Shown: piece after piece, positions 41,921 through 55,785 of the stretch
Layout: each line of letters starts with the position of its first letter
Numbering within the stretch: the first letter of the stretch is position 1
Origin: Octopus vulgaris
Lineage: Eukaryota
Direction: 5' to 3'
Assembly (NCBI GenBank): GCA_951406725.2
Contig: OX597827.1
Coordinates: forward strand, 49,848,001-49,912,000
DNA length: 64,000 nt
The notes under the pieces: model-generated
What the model saw: only the letters and a program-made list of their open reading frames with translations
Told to the model about the DNA's origin: nothing
Database searches by the model: none
Translations under genes and position numbers: made by a program

Positions 41921-42265
41921 CATCATCATCATCGTTTAATGTCCGTTCTCCATGCTAGCATGGGTTGGACGGTTCAACCGGGATCTGGGAAGCCAGAAGG
42001 CTGCACCAGGCTCCAGTCTTATCTGGCAATGTTTCTACAGCTGGATGCCCTTCCTAACGCCAACCACTCTGTGAGTGTAGTGGGTGCTTTTTACGTGCCA
42101 CCTGCACATGTGCCAAGCAAGGCTGGCAACGGCCACGGTCGGATTGGTGTATTTTACGTGCCACCGGCATGGAAGCCAGTCGAGGCGGCGCTGGCATCGG
42201 CCACGAGTCGGATAGTGCTTTTTACGTACCACCAGACCAGGGATCCTGGCTGGTTCAATTCGATT
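41921..42265 (-). mobile_element. SINE-like family D with (GAT)n tail
   Basis: TGGTTGGCGTTAGGAAGGGCATCCAGCTGTAGAAAC motif and internal TTTTACGTGCCACC repeats. Related copies at about 44896-45080(-), 53241-53430(-) and 53495-53665(+). Confidence 0.7.
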
Positions 42266-42284
42266 TCGATATTACGAATGTATT

Positions 42285-42900
42285 TACAAAGGCCACTGGC
42301 CAGGTGATGGCCTGTTTCACCAATGTAAAAAGTACAACACAGTTTTCAGATGATTTTGGAAGATATGCAGAAGATGGTTTAGGGGTCGGTGATGGTTGTA
42401 TTATTTATGTTGCATCTCCAGCTAGTGCATTTAAAAGTATCTGGTTGTATATGCCTGAGTGTAATTGAGTTTCTAACTAGAAGGTTACCAAGTTTCTTAT
42501 GTTTCTTCCAGGCAAGATGTGGTTAGGAAAATATCAGAGTGTTTATGAGGTTAATGAGTACGGTTTGGAAGTAGCAGATAAGTGTGTAGTGTAATGGGAA
42601 GACGGACAGTTGGAAGGAAGGAAAAAGTGGAATCCAGTGTGCATAGAAAGGGCAGTATGGTTAATGGCCTGGGCACAGCAGAGTGAAGAGTCACAAGTGG
42701 TTGAGAGTACCGTTGATTCTGGACGAAAGATCGCATTCCATCACAATAAAATTTGAAATCTGAATCGATGCTGTAGAATTGACAAAGAGTAATTGAATAG
42801 CGGGGGTTGGCGTCCTTTGAGTAAGACGAGGAATAGCGGAGATAGGGGTGGATATGATGAAATGAATTCCAAGGAGATGTGAGAGTTAATAAAAAGATGA
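42285..42900 (-). mobile_element. Degenerate Penelope-like element (RT thumb to GIY-YIG)
   Basis: YLRYSSS...SIDSDFKFYCDGMRSF (PLE thumb region) and FYIGETGHHLA (the GIY-YIG YIGET motif), with frameshifts. Confidence 0.6.
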
Positions 42901-45900
42901 TAACTGATAAATAAATACACTTTACTGAAACACTATTTACTCTCCTTGTCTAAGTAGTCCCCAGCTTCTTGAACCTCTGAAATTCTTATTACTTGAAGAT
43001 AGAAATGAAAATGAAACAGGGTTTCAAATATATTGCAAATGTGACCAAGCAGGAAAGATATCATACACTAAAACTGCAAACTGTAACATAAGGTCATTTA
43101 ATAAGGTGATAATCTGACAAACTTCTGAGGAAAGTGGTAGACTGTTAAATCCACTTAAGACTGTTGTTGAAAAATCTTGAAAGAAAGTTTCCTGAAGACA
43201 ATGTTTTGCCAATTAAACGTTTGTTAGTAAAGAACGAAGATTAAGAGTAAAGAACTATTTGAATTTAGAATGGTACAATAACAAGAGTAGTATGAATTGA
43301 AACACATGACAAACAGATGAAACAAAAATATAGAAAACAAAGGTTTGAATGAGAAGGCAACTGGATCAATTGCTAGATGGAAATGTTTAGCTGATTAGCA
43401 CATATTTTGTCTATTAAGACCTGCTGGACATGGAAACCAGTGTCAAGTTTTATGAAATCTTTAAGGGAGCCAGCATAGAGTTTGATCTGAAAGTAGACAT
43501 TCGTGACTTTGAGGGAATTTATAAAGATTTCTTACTTTTTCCAATACAAGATGTGAAAAATTTGGGATAGGTTGTTTATATATATATACATAAGGTAATG
43601 GTTATCATTACCATCAAAACAAACACATATTAATTAACTCTTAACATCCTGCTTGAATCTGTCAATCTTATACTGCCTGAAACTGCATGAGTTGAATCAT
43701 TCTTGTTTACATTTGTTTCAAAGGAAAGAGAAAATTTTAATAACTTTCACTATCATTTATTTGCATTTTGCAACCTTTGCTGAGTGTTTCCTGTTTTACT
43801 TTTCTTTTCTTTTCTTTAAATTGAAACTTCAGAGAATGATCACCAATCATTCTTAAGTGAAAGCTTATTTGGTCATTTATTCAATGAATTAATGGCGACA
43901 AATGCACAGGGCCAAGTGGGCCACTTTTGGTAAGTAGAACTAAGTGATGTGGAATGATAACCAGAGAGATATATCTATTTTTTTCTATGCACACTTTATG
44001 TCTGTCTTTGATCTGTTCGATTCTTGAAGTGATTTGGACGAAATATTACGTGAAGAATAAGCAACACCGAAACTTTTTCAAGAATTGTTGGTCCAAAAAT
44101 ATCTTTAGAACTTGTATTTTTTTTATCAGTTTTTTTTTTTTTTCTATGAAACTTTCATTGGTACAATAATTCAGCATTTATGCAGAACAAAAAGGAAGCT
44201 TGCGCATGTGTTGATGAAATACGTGCATACCGGAGAATCAGAGTGACAGCTTACTTGGAAATTTCTTAATGAATAAGCTGCAAAAAATCAAGAAAAGGTA
44301 TTTTGTTTGTGATGTTTGAATGCCCATGTCTACTAATATTTATTACCAACATCTTTCTTTACCACATTGCTTTTTTTTTTCTCTTTATTTTTAGAGTAGC
44401 TTTTGGTAATGTAATTAACAATGACGCACATTATTTGTAACACAAATGACTATTTACAATAAAAATTAAAATTCTTTTCTGCAGTACGGCCAATTTTTCC
44501 CACTAACCTGACAAGTAAAGACACCATAAACATTTGAAAAATCAAACCCATTTTTAAAGATATTTTCTACTCAATCATTACAAGACTAAGCTTTTGATAC
44601 TTAAGTTCCATGCATGTGTAGCATTAGAGATGAGTGATTAAGTTCATAAGAATTCAGGGACAAAATGAATAATGCACAGTTGCATGCATTAGATTTAGTT
44701 TCACAAATTTAATAACATACATTAGAACTCTAACACTGAAAAATATTACATCAGAGAAAAGTGATGAGACTGTCTTTTTAGTGAATTTAAAAATAGATAT
44801 TAGATGAGGGTATACAAGGAGTAGGATATCAGTTAATGTTATATAGAACACGCAAATCGTGCAATCAAAATTATGAAAAAGTGTACTACACCATTCATCA
44901 TCATTCTTTAATGTGCGCCTTTCATGTTAATAATGTTAGATGGTTTGACAGGATCCAATGTACCAGAGGGTTAAACTGAGCTCCAGTATCTGTTTCGGCA
45001 TGGTTTTTACCGCTGAATATCCTTCCTAATGCCAACCACTTTACAGTATCTACTGAGTGCTTTTCCTGTGGTACTGGTGCTAGTGAGATCACCATTAATA
45101 ACATAAAATAAGAATTTTAGTAACAAAAGTTTTGCACATCCTCTGGACACCATAATTGTCTGGACACTTACTTTTCCATGCATGCATGGGTCAGGCAGAA
45201 ATTTTTACAGCTAGATGCCTGCCCTAATGCCAGGCAAGGTAACAATTTCCCAGTCTATTGACAATAAACAGCCCAGACATACTTTCATAGAAGACTGTAA
45301 ACAAACAATACTGTTTGTATGAATGGTGAAGCTTTTGTTTACTATCAGAGCACACATATCATGAAGGACAATAGGTACTCAGTCATCAATATGTGTGTGC
45401 GTGTGTGTGATATACCCACAACTGGCTTCTTCCAAAATCTGCCAATCAGTCAATCAATTTCACTCACAAGGTAATGGTCAACCCATGGCTAAAATGGAGA
45501 ACACCATTGATAGTGTCCATGCAGTGATACCAAACCCATAACTCCATAGCTACCCTGCACCTAAAGACATCAAGGCAAATTTTTTTTCCCTATGTTTCAG
45601 TGAACAGTATTCTATATCTGGATCTCAACAAATTGTTTTCAGAATTTATTGTATCAACCTCCAAACTGAAGACCTTAAGAGAAATAATCCGTGCTTTTGT
45701 TGTTGAGTGTCACTTTAAAAATGCCAGACCATTCTCCATGCATACTAGAAGACTACCTTATCCTTCAATTACAAAACTGTGCTACAAATTCTCGAAGTTT
45801 CTCTATTTCATTTAACATACTACTTATTTCTTTACTACCCACAAGGGGCTAAACACAGAGAGGACAAACAAGGACAGACAAACGAATTAAGTCGATTATA

Positions 45901-46455
45901 ACGACCCCAGTGCATAACTGGTACTTAATTTATCGACCCCGAAAGGAAGAAAGGCAAAGTCGACCTCAGCGGAATTTGAACTCAGAATGTAACGGCAGAC
46001 GAAATACTGCTAAGCATTTCGCCTGGCGTGCTAACGATTCTGCCAGCTCGCCACTATTTCACTACTATACAGGATTATATAACTGGCATAACGGAACTGA
46101 CAAAAGCTTATTTTTGTATACATGAAAAAAATTCATTTGCTGTCAGCTAAATGAACTTCCTCAAGCATCTACAAATAACACAGCCTACATTCACTTTAAC
46201 TAATGTAGCCTGTATAAAAAAAAAATTGTCTTTCAAAAGCTGATTTCAAAGTGTGCATTGAGTCAAGATATTTATTATCTTGAGACAGTATGTACAATAT
46301 CAATCTGTAATCAAGCCTGTTTATTAGTCATCAAATAAGACAAAATTATAAACAATTGTTTTTATGAGATTAAAACAAAGCCAGTCTTTAGACATTCAGC
46401 AAAGTAAGTAAAAGAATATAAAGTTTAGAGAAGCATTTAAAACTGATCATTTTAG

Positions 46456-46505
<50 letters not shown>

Positions 46506-46756
46506 TAATTTCTTGACATAGGGTTCATCTGCTAAGTGGGTTGTGATTTGGCTGCTTAAAATATTTGAGCAGCAATCACTTGTCTAAACTCTAAACCATA
46601 AATACACACACAGATAATGGTAGAACCTCTATATGGTTGTTCAGCCTGGTAAAAACAGCAACCACATCCTTAAACTAAAAATTTCTAAATACTGAGAGTA
46701 CAAATGAAAATGCAATAAGATTTTACCAAAGTTATCATTGCCTACCTATCTGAAAG

Positions 46757-46795
<39 letters not shown>

Positions 46796-48077
46796 TTATA
46801 TAAGCATATTGCATATACAAAATTTGTTTTTCACTATCTTTTTGTGAAAGAGGGTTCCATATAACATACTTGTGATTGAAAACATGTATTGTTTGTTATT
46901 GCATAAGTGCAACAGGACAAGGAAGGCAGGACTTAAAGAACATATTCCTTCAGTTTCACAGAGTATATCAGACATGTGTCTGGATTGTATAGGAAGTATA
47001 CAACGCTTTAAGTCAGTTACTACAAACATGAGACAGTTCTACATGGATTGTACTTATATGGCTAACATATGTATATTCAATAATCTTTGTACATGCACAC
47101 ATGTACTCACAGGAAACAGTATCACATGTACAGCACATAAATGTTAGTTGTTCCTTAGCCCCAGGTTAACTTTGAGGTATTTTGCCTATGACCTTTCATG
47201 CATTCTGGACAATATTACCTAATGTTTGAAAGGGAGTGATGGGAGAGATTTGGCTGCTATTTCTAACAAGTTGAGTGAACATGTAGAAGCACCCTCATGG
47301 TGTATATGTGCATGCACTAACACACGCTGAATATCCCAGTGAAATGAAATGCTGAAACACAACCATTATAATATCAGTAATACAACAGACAGTTGTTATT
47401 TGAACCCAGGTCAACCCAGATCCAGTAAATCTAAAACCAAAAGCATTCTAATTATGACCATCCTGTCACTTTTCAGGTACAATGTGTCTAGGAATACATT
47501 ATTCAAGGCCCTTGTTTTTATTGAAGAGATTTAACTTGAAGATTTGGTTGCTATTTTTAGTAGGTCATAAGACCATATCAAGGCTTCCACTTTAGCTAGA
47601 CACACAACCGAAAGTTATTCAATATGTAATTACCAAGTCTAACATGGTAGAGTCTAAGTGATCATGTAACTAGCTAGAAATAGCAGAAAATTCCTCTTAA
47701 ACCACACACTACTGTCTTAAAAATGGAAGGGCACACTGGATAATGTGGTTCTGATAGGATATGATGACCATGAGTGGAATGCTTAGAGCATAGGTCCAAT
47801 TAGTCAAGACTGAGCTGGCATTAAACATTAACACCACACAAGCACCAACCAATATACCAGTCATTAAACAAACAGTTACTAAAGCAGATATTCAAAATTA
47901 CAGGAGTATCATAATTTCATTTTATTTTCTAAACTAACACAAAAAATGAAAATATAAAACAATTTCATTTCTTAGGACAGTTTAAATGTTAACATTGAAG
48001 AAAATATAGATGTATCTTGAATGTAATTCTGTGATATGCATATGTATCTACTGCTTAATTTATAGGAAGGTGTGTGC

Positions 48078-48114
<37 letters not shown>

Positions 48115-48119
<5 letters not shown>

Positions 48120-48779
48120 TATTAAAATGCTCAAAATTAATACCTACAATTCTTATTCCAAATTATCATAATTAATACCTTCAATTCTTATTTCAAATCA
48201 TATACTTTACTACGCATGTTTCATGACAACATATTCCTCAATATTGCTGAAATAGAATGTCTCTAAATACAATACCATATTAAAACGATTAGATTGCCAA
48301 TCTTCAGGTCTAGCATATATGAACTTATTTTGCAATTGACATCCTATATAAAGACATGACAAACTAAAGTTATATAGCTAGAAGTTGTTGGAATAATGTT
48401 ACTTTAGTAAATAATGAACAGAAATGTGGAATAAAAGTTGGAAAAAGAAATGTTAGTAAAAAGAAATGTTAACTTATCTGTATGGTAATTTTCTCTCCAT
48501 GAATTAAACATGGCTACCAGCAATCCAACACTGAGAGCTACTTTTTGGGGGAGATAATTCTTATTAACAGTTCATATATGCTAGACCTGAAGATTGGCAA
48601 CATAATCGTTTTAATATGGTATTGTATTTAGAGACATTCTATTTCAGCAATATCAAGGAATATGTTGTCATGAAACACGCGTAGTAAAGTATGATTTGAA
48701 ATAAGAATTGAAGGTATTAATTTTGATAATTCGGAATAAGAATTGTAGGTATTAATTTTGATATGATTTTAATATTTAG
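48115..48779. repeat. Fold-back element: about 210-bp inverted arms with a 240-bp spacer, each arm carrying a hammerhead-like motif
   Basis: 48115-48325 is the reverse complement of about 48569-48779. Each arm reads CUGAAGA-U-UGGCAACAUA...UAUGUUGUCA-U-GAAA-CA(C/U)GCG-UA (48587-48683 on +, 48307-48211 on -). Confidence 0.8.
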
Positions 48780-48853
48780 TCCCATATGTACCTATTGTGG
48801 ATAATGTCATTCAATGATGATTGAGTTGCTTGAGGGTGATTCTGTCTCTTAAA

Positions 48854-48896
<43 letters not shown>

Positions 48897-49262
48897 CAGT
48901 TCTATATTTAAGAGATGAAGAATTATGTACATTATTTACATTTGACAGATATTTGCCCTCATCTTGTTTGTTGTTAACACAATGTTTCAGCTGATATACC
49001 CTCCAGCTTTCATCGGGTGTCTTGGGGAAATTTTGATCCCATGAGTATATGGCGTAGTGATTAAGACCATGGGCTACTAACACCAAGATTCCAAGTTTGA
49101 TTCCAGGCAGTGACCTGAATAATAATATCAAAAAATACCTTAGGAATGAGAACCCAAGTTCGAAATTTCCCCAAGACACCTGATGAAGGCTGGAGGCTTA
49201 TATCAGCCAAAACGTGTTACCAACAAAAGAGGACAAATATCCATCAAATGTAAATAATGTAT
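48897..49262. mobile_element. Inverted pair of PLE pseudo-LTR ends with two hammerhead motifs and a tRNA-like segment
   Basis: Minus copy with HHR 48976-49021 (CCGAUGA-A-AGCUG/CAGCU-GAAACAUU). Plus copy with tRNA-like 49043-49116 (A box TGGCGTAGTG, B box GTTTGATTCC), AAT repeats and HHR 49175-49218 (GAAA mutated to AAAA). Confidence 0.75.
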
Positions 49263-49263
49263 G

Positions 49264-49316
<53 letters not shown>

Positions 49317-49325
49317 ATGTGTTTG

Positions 49326-49368
<43 letters not shown>

Positions 49369-49373
49369 ATGTG

Positions 49374-49405
<32 letters not shown>

Positions 49406-49643
49406 GGTATGTATATATGTGTGTGTGTATATGTATGTGTATATATATATGTATATATACATATATGTTTATATTTATAAATACTCTTGTAGAGATTCTT
49501 ACAGTAGTAGAAAAAGAATTTTTAACTCCTATTTCTAAATTCGGTATGTGGTGAAGCAATTAGCTGGCCCCTAATTATAATTGTGTTTATAATTATAGAA
49601 AATTTATATATATAAATATGTATATGTGTGTGTGTATGTTTAT

Positions 49644-49676
<33 letters not shown>

Positions 49677-50799
49677 CACATATATAGCAAATGAAAGACA
49701 GAAGATGTAAACCATTCATTTTATTATCACATACATATGTGTGAGTGTCTGTGTGTATATATATATTACACAAATACTACACATGCATGCATACACACAC
49801 ACAGTGTACATATATGTAACAGTATGTATATACTCGAAATGAGTTTTAGATACTATACACACACAAACACACACATATATATATATATACTCCTTATATC
49901 TGAATTTTAAATATGCAAGCAAAACCCTATCAATTTCTGTGTTTATGAACGCATTTACATGTGTGCCTGTGTGTGTGTGTAAATAACAAAACAGATTACA
50001 GATAATACTTAGCCAGAGTGAACACGTATGGGAAATGCTCCATAGAAAATATTATACACTGATTCAAAACAGTATATAACCATAATGAGGATATTTGTGA
50101 CCATATATAATTTAAGATGAGAGGGAATAATATTTGCATTGTGCAAAAAAAAAAAAAAGGTCTAAAACATTGCACAGAAGAAAGGATGAAAGATTCATTT
50201 TTACAATTTAAAATGCATTTTTCTGTATCAGGGATTTGTCCTCAATTATTTCTATTTCTATTTTTTACTTTTCCTAGATTTTATATTTTTTTAAATAATA
50301 ACAAATAGCAACAAATGACAATAACAAGTAATGAGTTTAAAATCAGCAAAAAAAGAATTAGACTCTGTGGCGAAGAGGATGAGATATATATAGTAGTACA
50401 TACAAATCTTTCCAAATAATACATGGAAAAGTGATCCTAACTTGGAATTGAAAATATGATAATAATTGCTGACATTGGTACAAAGCCATACACATTTGTA
50501 GAGAATGAGAAAGTCAAGTGATATTAATTTTATCGATCTGGGAGGAATAAAACAAATTAAATCCAGAATGTAGAGGAATAAGACTAAATATTGTAAGGCT
50601 TTTACTCCACTCTCTAGTGTAAATATAACCAACATCTGCACAAGGCCTAATCTTTAGGGTAGATGTTGAGTCCATGAAAATTGGTCGGTAATACTTAACT
50701 CCTAGATTATAGATGAGGCAAAGTTGACTGACAGGATTGAATGATCCGATATAAATCCTGAAATTTTTAGAAGTGGTAGGTATAAACAACTGAATCAAT

Positions 50800-52200
50800 C
50801 CCAATACATACCTGGAATTTTATTTCATCAACCACCCCAGTGGAATGAAAGGTAAATTTAGCCATAGCTAGATACGAATTCAGAATACTGAAAGATAAAC
50901 CCAAACACTGATTAGTATTTAGACTGATCTTGTTCTATTCCAGCCATTCCATCACCTTTATAACAATAAGAATGGTTTCAAATTTTGGCACAAGGCCAGT
51001 AAATTTGGGGGGAATGGGCTACGTTGATCAGATTGACCCCAATGCTCAAATGTTACTTATTTTATCAACCTGAAAAGGGTGAAAGGTAAAGTCAACCTTG
51101 GTGGAATTTGAACACAAGATATAAAGATAGACAAAATGCCGCTAAGCATTGTTTGCTTGCAATAATAATAATAATAATAATAATAATGATAACAATAATG
51201 GTTTTAAATTTTGGCACAAGGCCTGCAATTCTGAGGAGACAGGGTGAGTTGATATCATGGACCCAATATTTCACTGGTCCTCTATTTTATCAACTCTGAA
51301 GAGACAAAAGGCAAAGTTGACTTTGGCGTGATTTGAACACAGAACATAAAGAGTTGGAAGAAATGCTACTAACGATTCTGTCTGATGTGCATATGATTCT
51401 GCTGGCTCACCAAATTAATAATTATGGCTTCAAATTTTGGCACAAGGCCAGAAATTTTAGATGGAGTGGGTTAGCCAATTATATTGGTGTCCAATACTTT
51501 ACTGGTACTTTATCAACCTTGAAAGGATGAATGGCAAAACTGATTTTGGTGGGATTTGAACTCAGGATGTAAAGTACCAGAAGAAATGCAAGTCCATTTT
51601 TTTCTGATGCTCTAATCATTCTGATAGTTCACAGCCTTAAAGGGTTTCTAATTTAGGTACAAGGCCAGCAATTTGAAGGGAGGGTGTTTATGGATTACAC
51701 TGCTCCCCACCCCCAGTCCTTAACTGGTACAATATTTTATCGACCCTAGAGGGATTTGAAGTGTAAAGTGCTAAACAAATACACAAACCATTTTTTCCAA
51801 CACTATAATAATTCTGCCAATTCATTATTAATAATAATAATGGTTTAAAATTTTAGCACAAGGTCAGCAAGTTTGGCGGAAGGAGGTAAGTTGATTACAT
51901 TGACCCCCAGGGCTCAACTGGTAGTTATTTTATCGACCCTGAAAGGATGAAAGGCAAAGTCAACCTTGGCAGAATTTGAACTCAGAACATAAAGACAGAT
52001 GAAATTTTGCTAAGTGTCTTGCCAGGCTTGCTGCCCTAATGATAATAATAATAATAATTTTTTCTAGTTTTGGCACAAAGCCAGCAGTTTTGAAGGGAAG
52101 GGGCACTTAATTACATCAACCCCAGTGCTTGACTGATGCTTATTTCAGCAATCCTGGAAGGATGAAAGGCAAAGTTGACCATGGTGGAATTTGAGCTCAA
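50800..52200 (-). repeat. Second head-to-tail cluster of diverged SINE-B-type copies
   Basis: About 6-7 same-orientation units starting TTTTGGCACAAGGCCAG, separated by (AAT)n. Confidence 0.8.
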
Positions 52201-52744
52201 TAATACTAAAGTGATTATTTTCCATTTCATGTTTGAGTTCACATATCTTTCCTCTGTATTACTTCTCCCCACCCACCTACTGTCCATTTTAATATATTTC
52301 AATAAAAATAGAAATGAGACAATTCTCAATATTTTTTTTCCTATGAAGTAATATTAGATAAAATAATTGGAAAAATAAAATTTTCAGGGAAAAAAAAAAA
52401 AATCAAATCAAATTAAAAGAGAATACATTCTTCATGCCAAAATAACAAAGGCTGACAGAAGACAATAAAGCACATGTACAATATAATTAAGTTCAGACCA
52501 ATACCAAAATTACCATTGCCACTACTACCACTGCTACCTTATGGCCTTTTGATATCCAGCAAGAATAAACAGTAAGTTTTATTCTATACCTAATGTAAAT
52601 GGCTTCCTACTTTGTCTTTAGTATATATGAAAATAAAAAATTCTTCCAATGAAAAAAAAAAAGGAAAATTATGAAGAAAGATGCTCACTCTTTACCACCA
52701 CAAAGTCGTCTAACTACCTCCATTTCTCCCCTATACACACATGC

Positions 52745-52810
<66 letters not shown>

Positions 52811-52811
52811 T

Positions 52812-52862
<51 letters not shown>

Positions 52863-53176
52863 GTATATATTTATGTATATATATATATATATGTATATAC
52901 ATGTGTGTATACGGGTATATGTGTATCATCATCAGTTAACTTCAGTCTCCCATGATAGCATGAGACATATGTGAAAAGATACACGTTAGAGAGTGTGTGT
53001 GTGGTTTAGAAGTTTGCTTTACAACCACATGGTTTCAGCTTCAGTTCCACTACGCCGCGCTTTGAGCAAGAGTCTCCAGGGTCAATCAATGTCTTGTGAG
53101 TAGATTTGGTAGATGTAATCGGAAAGAACCTGTACTGTATATGTATGTGTATATTATGCATGTATGTAGGTTTGTC

Positions 53177-53246
<70 letters not shown>

Positions 53247-54134
53247 CATCATCATTATCATCATCATCGTTTAACGTCTGCTTTCCATGCTAGCATGGGT
53301 TGGCCGATTTTGACTGAGGGCTGGTGAGTCAGATGGCTGCACCAGGCACCAATCTTGATCTGGTAGAGTTTCAACACCTGGATGCCCTTTCTAACACCAA
53401 CCACTCCGAGAGTGTAGTGGGTGCTTTTTACATATATATATATATATATATACATATATATATGTACATATATGTATATATATATATATAAACACACCCA
53501 GTCTACGCTGTAAAGTGGTTCACATTAAGAAGGGCACCCAGCTGTAAAAATGATGCCAATGCAGACAGCAGTGGAGCTTGGTGCAGTCTCTACCCTATGC
53601 TTACCAGCTCCTGGCAAACTATCCAACCCATGAAAAAATAGATATTGAATGATGATGATAATGATGACACACACACACACATATAGGTAAGTATATATGT
53701 GTGTGTGTGTATGTATTTGCGTCACTTGTCTTGATATCACAAGCAAGTTGTAAATGAGTGTTATCATCATGCAAGAAGTGTCATTTGTTTCTATTGTTTT
53801 GTGGTAAAAATGTCCTGACATGGGGAAATATTACCTTGCTTTAAGACAAGTGAAGGTGGGTGACAGAAAGCCATCTGACTGTAGAAAATCTACCTCACTG
53901 AATTATATCTGACCCATGCAAACACAGAAAAGTTGATGATAAAACAATTATGGGTGTGTGTATAACTATGTATGAATGCATGTGTGTGTGTGTGTATAGA
54001 TATATATATATATATACAAATATTAATTATAATAAAAGGTTAAAATCAATAATAATATTACCAGGTAGTCAGTGCGGAAATAAAAACCTCATAGGTAATA
54101 ATAGGAAATAAAAACCTCATAGGTAAATTTTACA

Positions 54135-54390
54135 AAATATTTTATAATTATATACATAATTATAAAAAGGGATCGGCTTTACGCCTCACCACGCACTGCA
54201 AGAAATAGACTCCATATGAAGTTAACCAGCCATGTAGATTCATTATTTTCTTTTGCTTGCCTACAATATAGTGTGTTATTCTCGGAGATTTTAAGGTGGT
54301 ACTTGGGGCTTTAGCGCCTATTTCTTGCAGTGCGTGGTAAGCGTAAAGCCGATCCCTAGCTATAATTATGTATATAATTATAAAATATTT
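54135..54390. repeat. Inverted repeat, about 74-bp arms
   Basis: 54135-54208 (...GGGATCGGCTTTACGC..CCACGCACTGCAAGAAATAG) is reverse-complementary to 54318-54390. Confidence 0.8.
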
Positions 54391-55232
54391 TATATATATA
54401 TAGTTAAAATTTATAGACAAACAAAAGATGAAGACAAGTGTATGAACAACAAACAAGTGTATTAGTTTGATGCTTGGGATGATGAAAAAATGTTTTACGT
54501 TTTGAGCGTATGCTCTTCAACGGAAAGGAATAAAAGAAAATAAACAGAGAGAATTTAGCGGTCCAGTATGGCGAATGATTGCATAAAATATATGTATACA
54601 CACCCACAAACACACACATGTGTGTATAGACAGATAGATAGATTATCTTTCATTTTTCTGTCCTACTAACACTCAAGTCACTGCTGTTAGCATGGTAGAA
54701 TGGACTTGAAAGTTAGAATTGCCAATTTAAAAACAAGTTTTTCTATGACAAAGTTTGACAAATATAAATCTTTAGGAGCTGATAAGAAGCAACACATAAC
54801 ATCAGTACAATTACTAATAACAATTGTTTCTGGCATAGGCATTAGGACACAGCTCTGGAGGACGTAGTCGACTATATTAACTACAGTACTTGACTGGTAC
54901 TTCATTTTATTGAAACCCCCTCACCACCACCATCAGATAAATAAAAGGCAAAGTCAGCCTTGATGTTTTTGAACTCAGAGCATAGAGACAGGACAAATCC
55001 CACAAGGAATTTTATTGTTATTAAACAATTTATATCCTTTCATTATCTTCTTCCACTTCAATAGCAATGATAATTATTAAGAATTTTAAATGACAGTAGT
55101 AGTAGTAGTTGTAATAGTAGTAGTAGTAGTAGTAGTAGCAGTAGTAGTAATTTTGATAATATTCCAAAGACAACACCCTCACCAAACCCTACCCCACCCA
55201 CAGAAGAACAACCAAATTCACAAATTCTTATA

Positions 55233-55304
55233 TCATCTTCCTCCAAGACCACTTCCTCCGCTGCCGCCAATACCACCAGAGTCTTGCAAGATGCAGATTT
55301 CCAA
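55233..55304 (-). CDS. GOLGA7: GOLGA7 last coding exon, LEICILQDSGGIGGSGGSGLGGR*
   Basis: TTCCTTAAT branch point followed by CAG acceptor. In frame with the previous exon, resembles human IEITIYEDRGMSSGR*, and ends with TGA at 55235-55233. Confidence 0.9.
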   Translation of the reverse strand: MEICILQDSGGIGGSGGSGLGGR

Positions 55305-55785
55305 CTGGACATCTGATTAAGGAAATATGATTGAATCTGATTAACAAAATGACAAAAGTAAAATTTATCCCAAGTGCAGTAGTTTAGTTGGACTCAACAG
55401 GGAGTAGTTTAATTGAACAGAATACAGTTCAGTCGTCGTGGATTCAGTAGGGTTTAGGTTGGAAATGTAAAACCAGTAAGATGTAGTCTAAAGAAGTTGG
55501 ATATTGTTAGAAGCAGTTTAAATGATAGGAAACCTCAGACAGCTCAGCCACTACAACCACTTGCTAAGTATATACCAAGCCGATGAGAGATTTTCTCCAT
55601 TTGTTTGACTTGCTAAAAGTAATATTAGATAATCCAATTCCTGTTACCCTAAAAATCAGAGAGGGTCATGGCTGGAATGCATTTAATAATAAGTCTATTC
55701 AATCAGGGTGACCCTGAAATTAAATAAAAGATATGTTATTTGTATAGACTGATGGTCCTTATGGCCAATAAAGTAAGGATTATTT

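Noticed and set aside
49043-49116. Possible genuine tRNA gene (also 14538-14611 and the SINE heads)
   Set aside because: Acceptor and T stems are imperfect, copies are diverged and embedded in repeats. Treated as tRNA-derived promoter segments.
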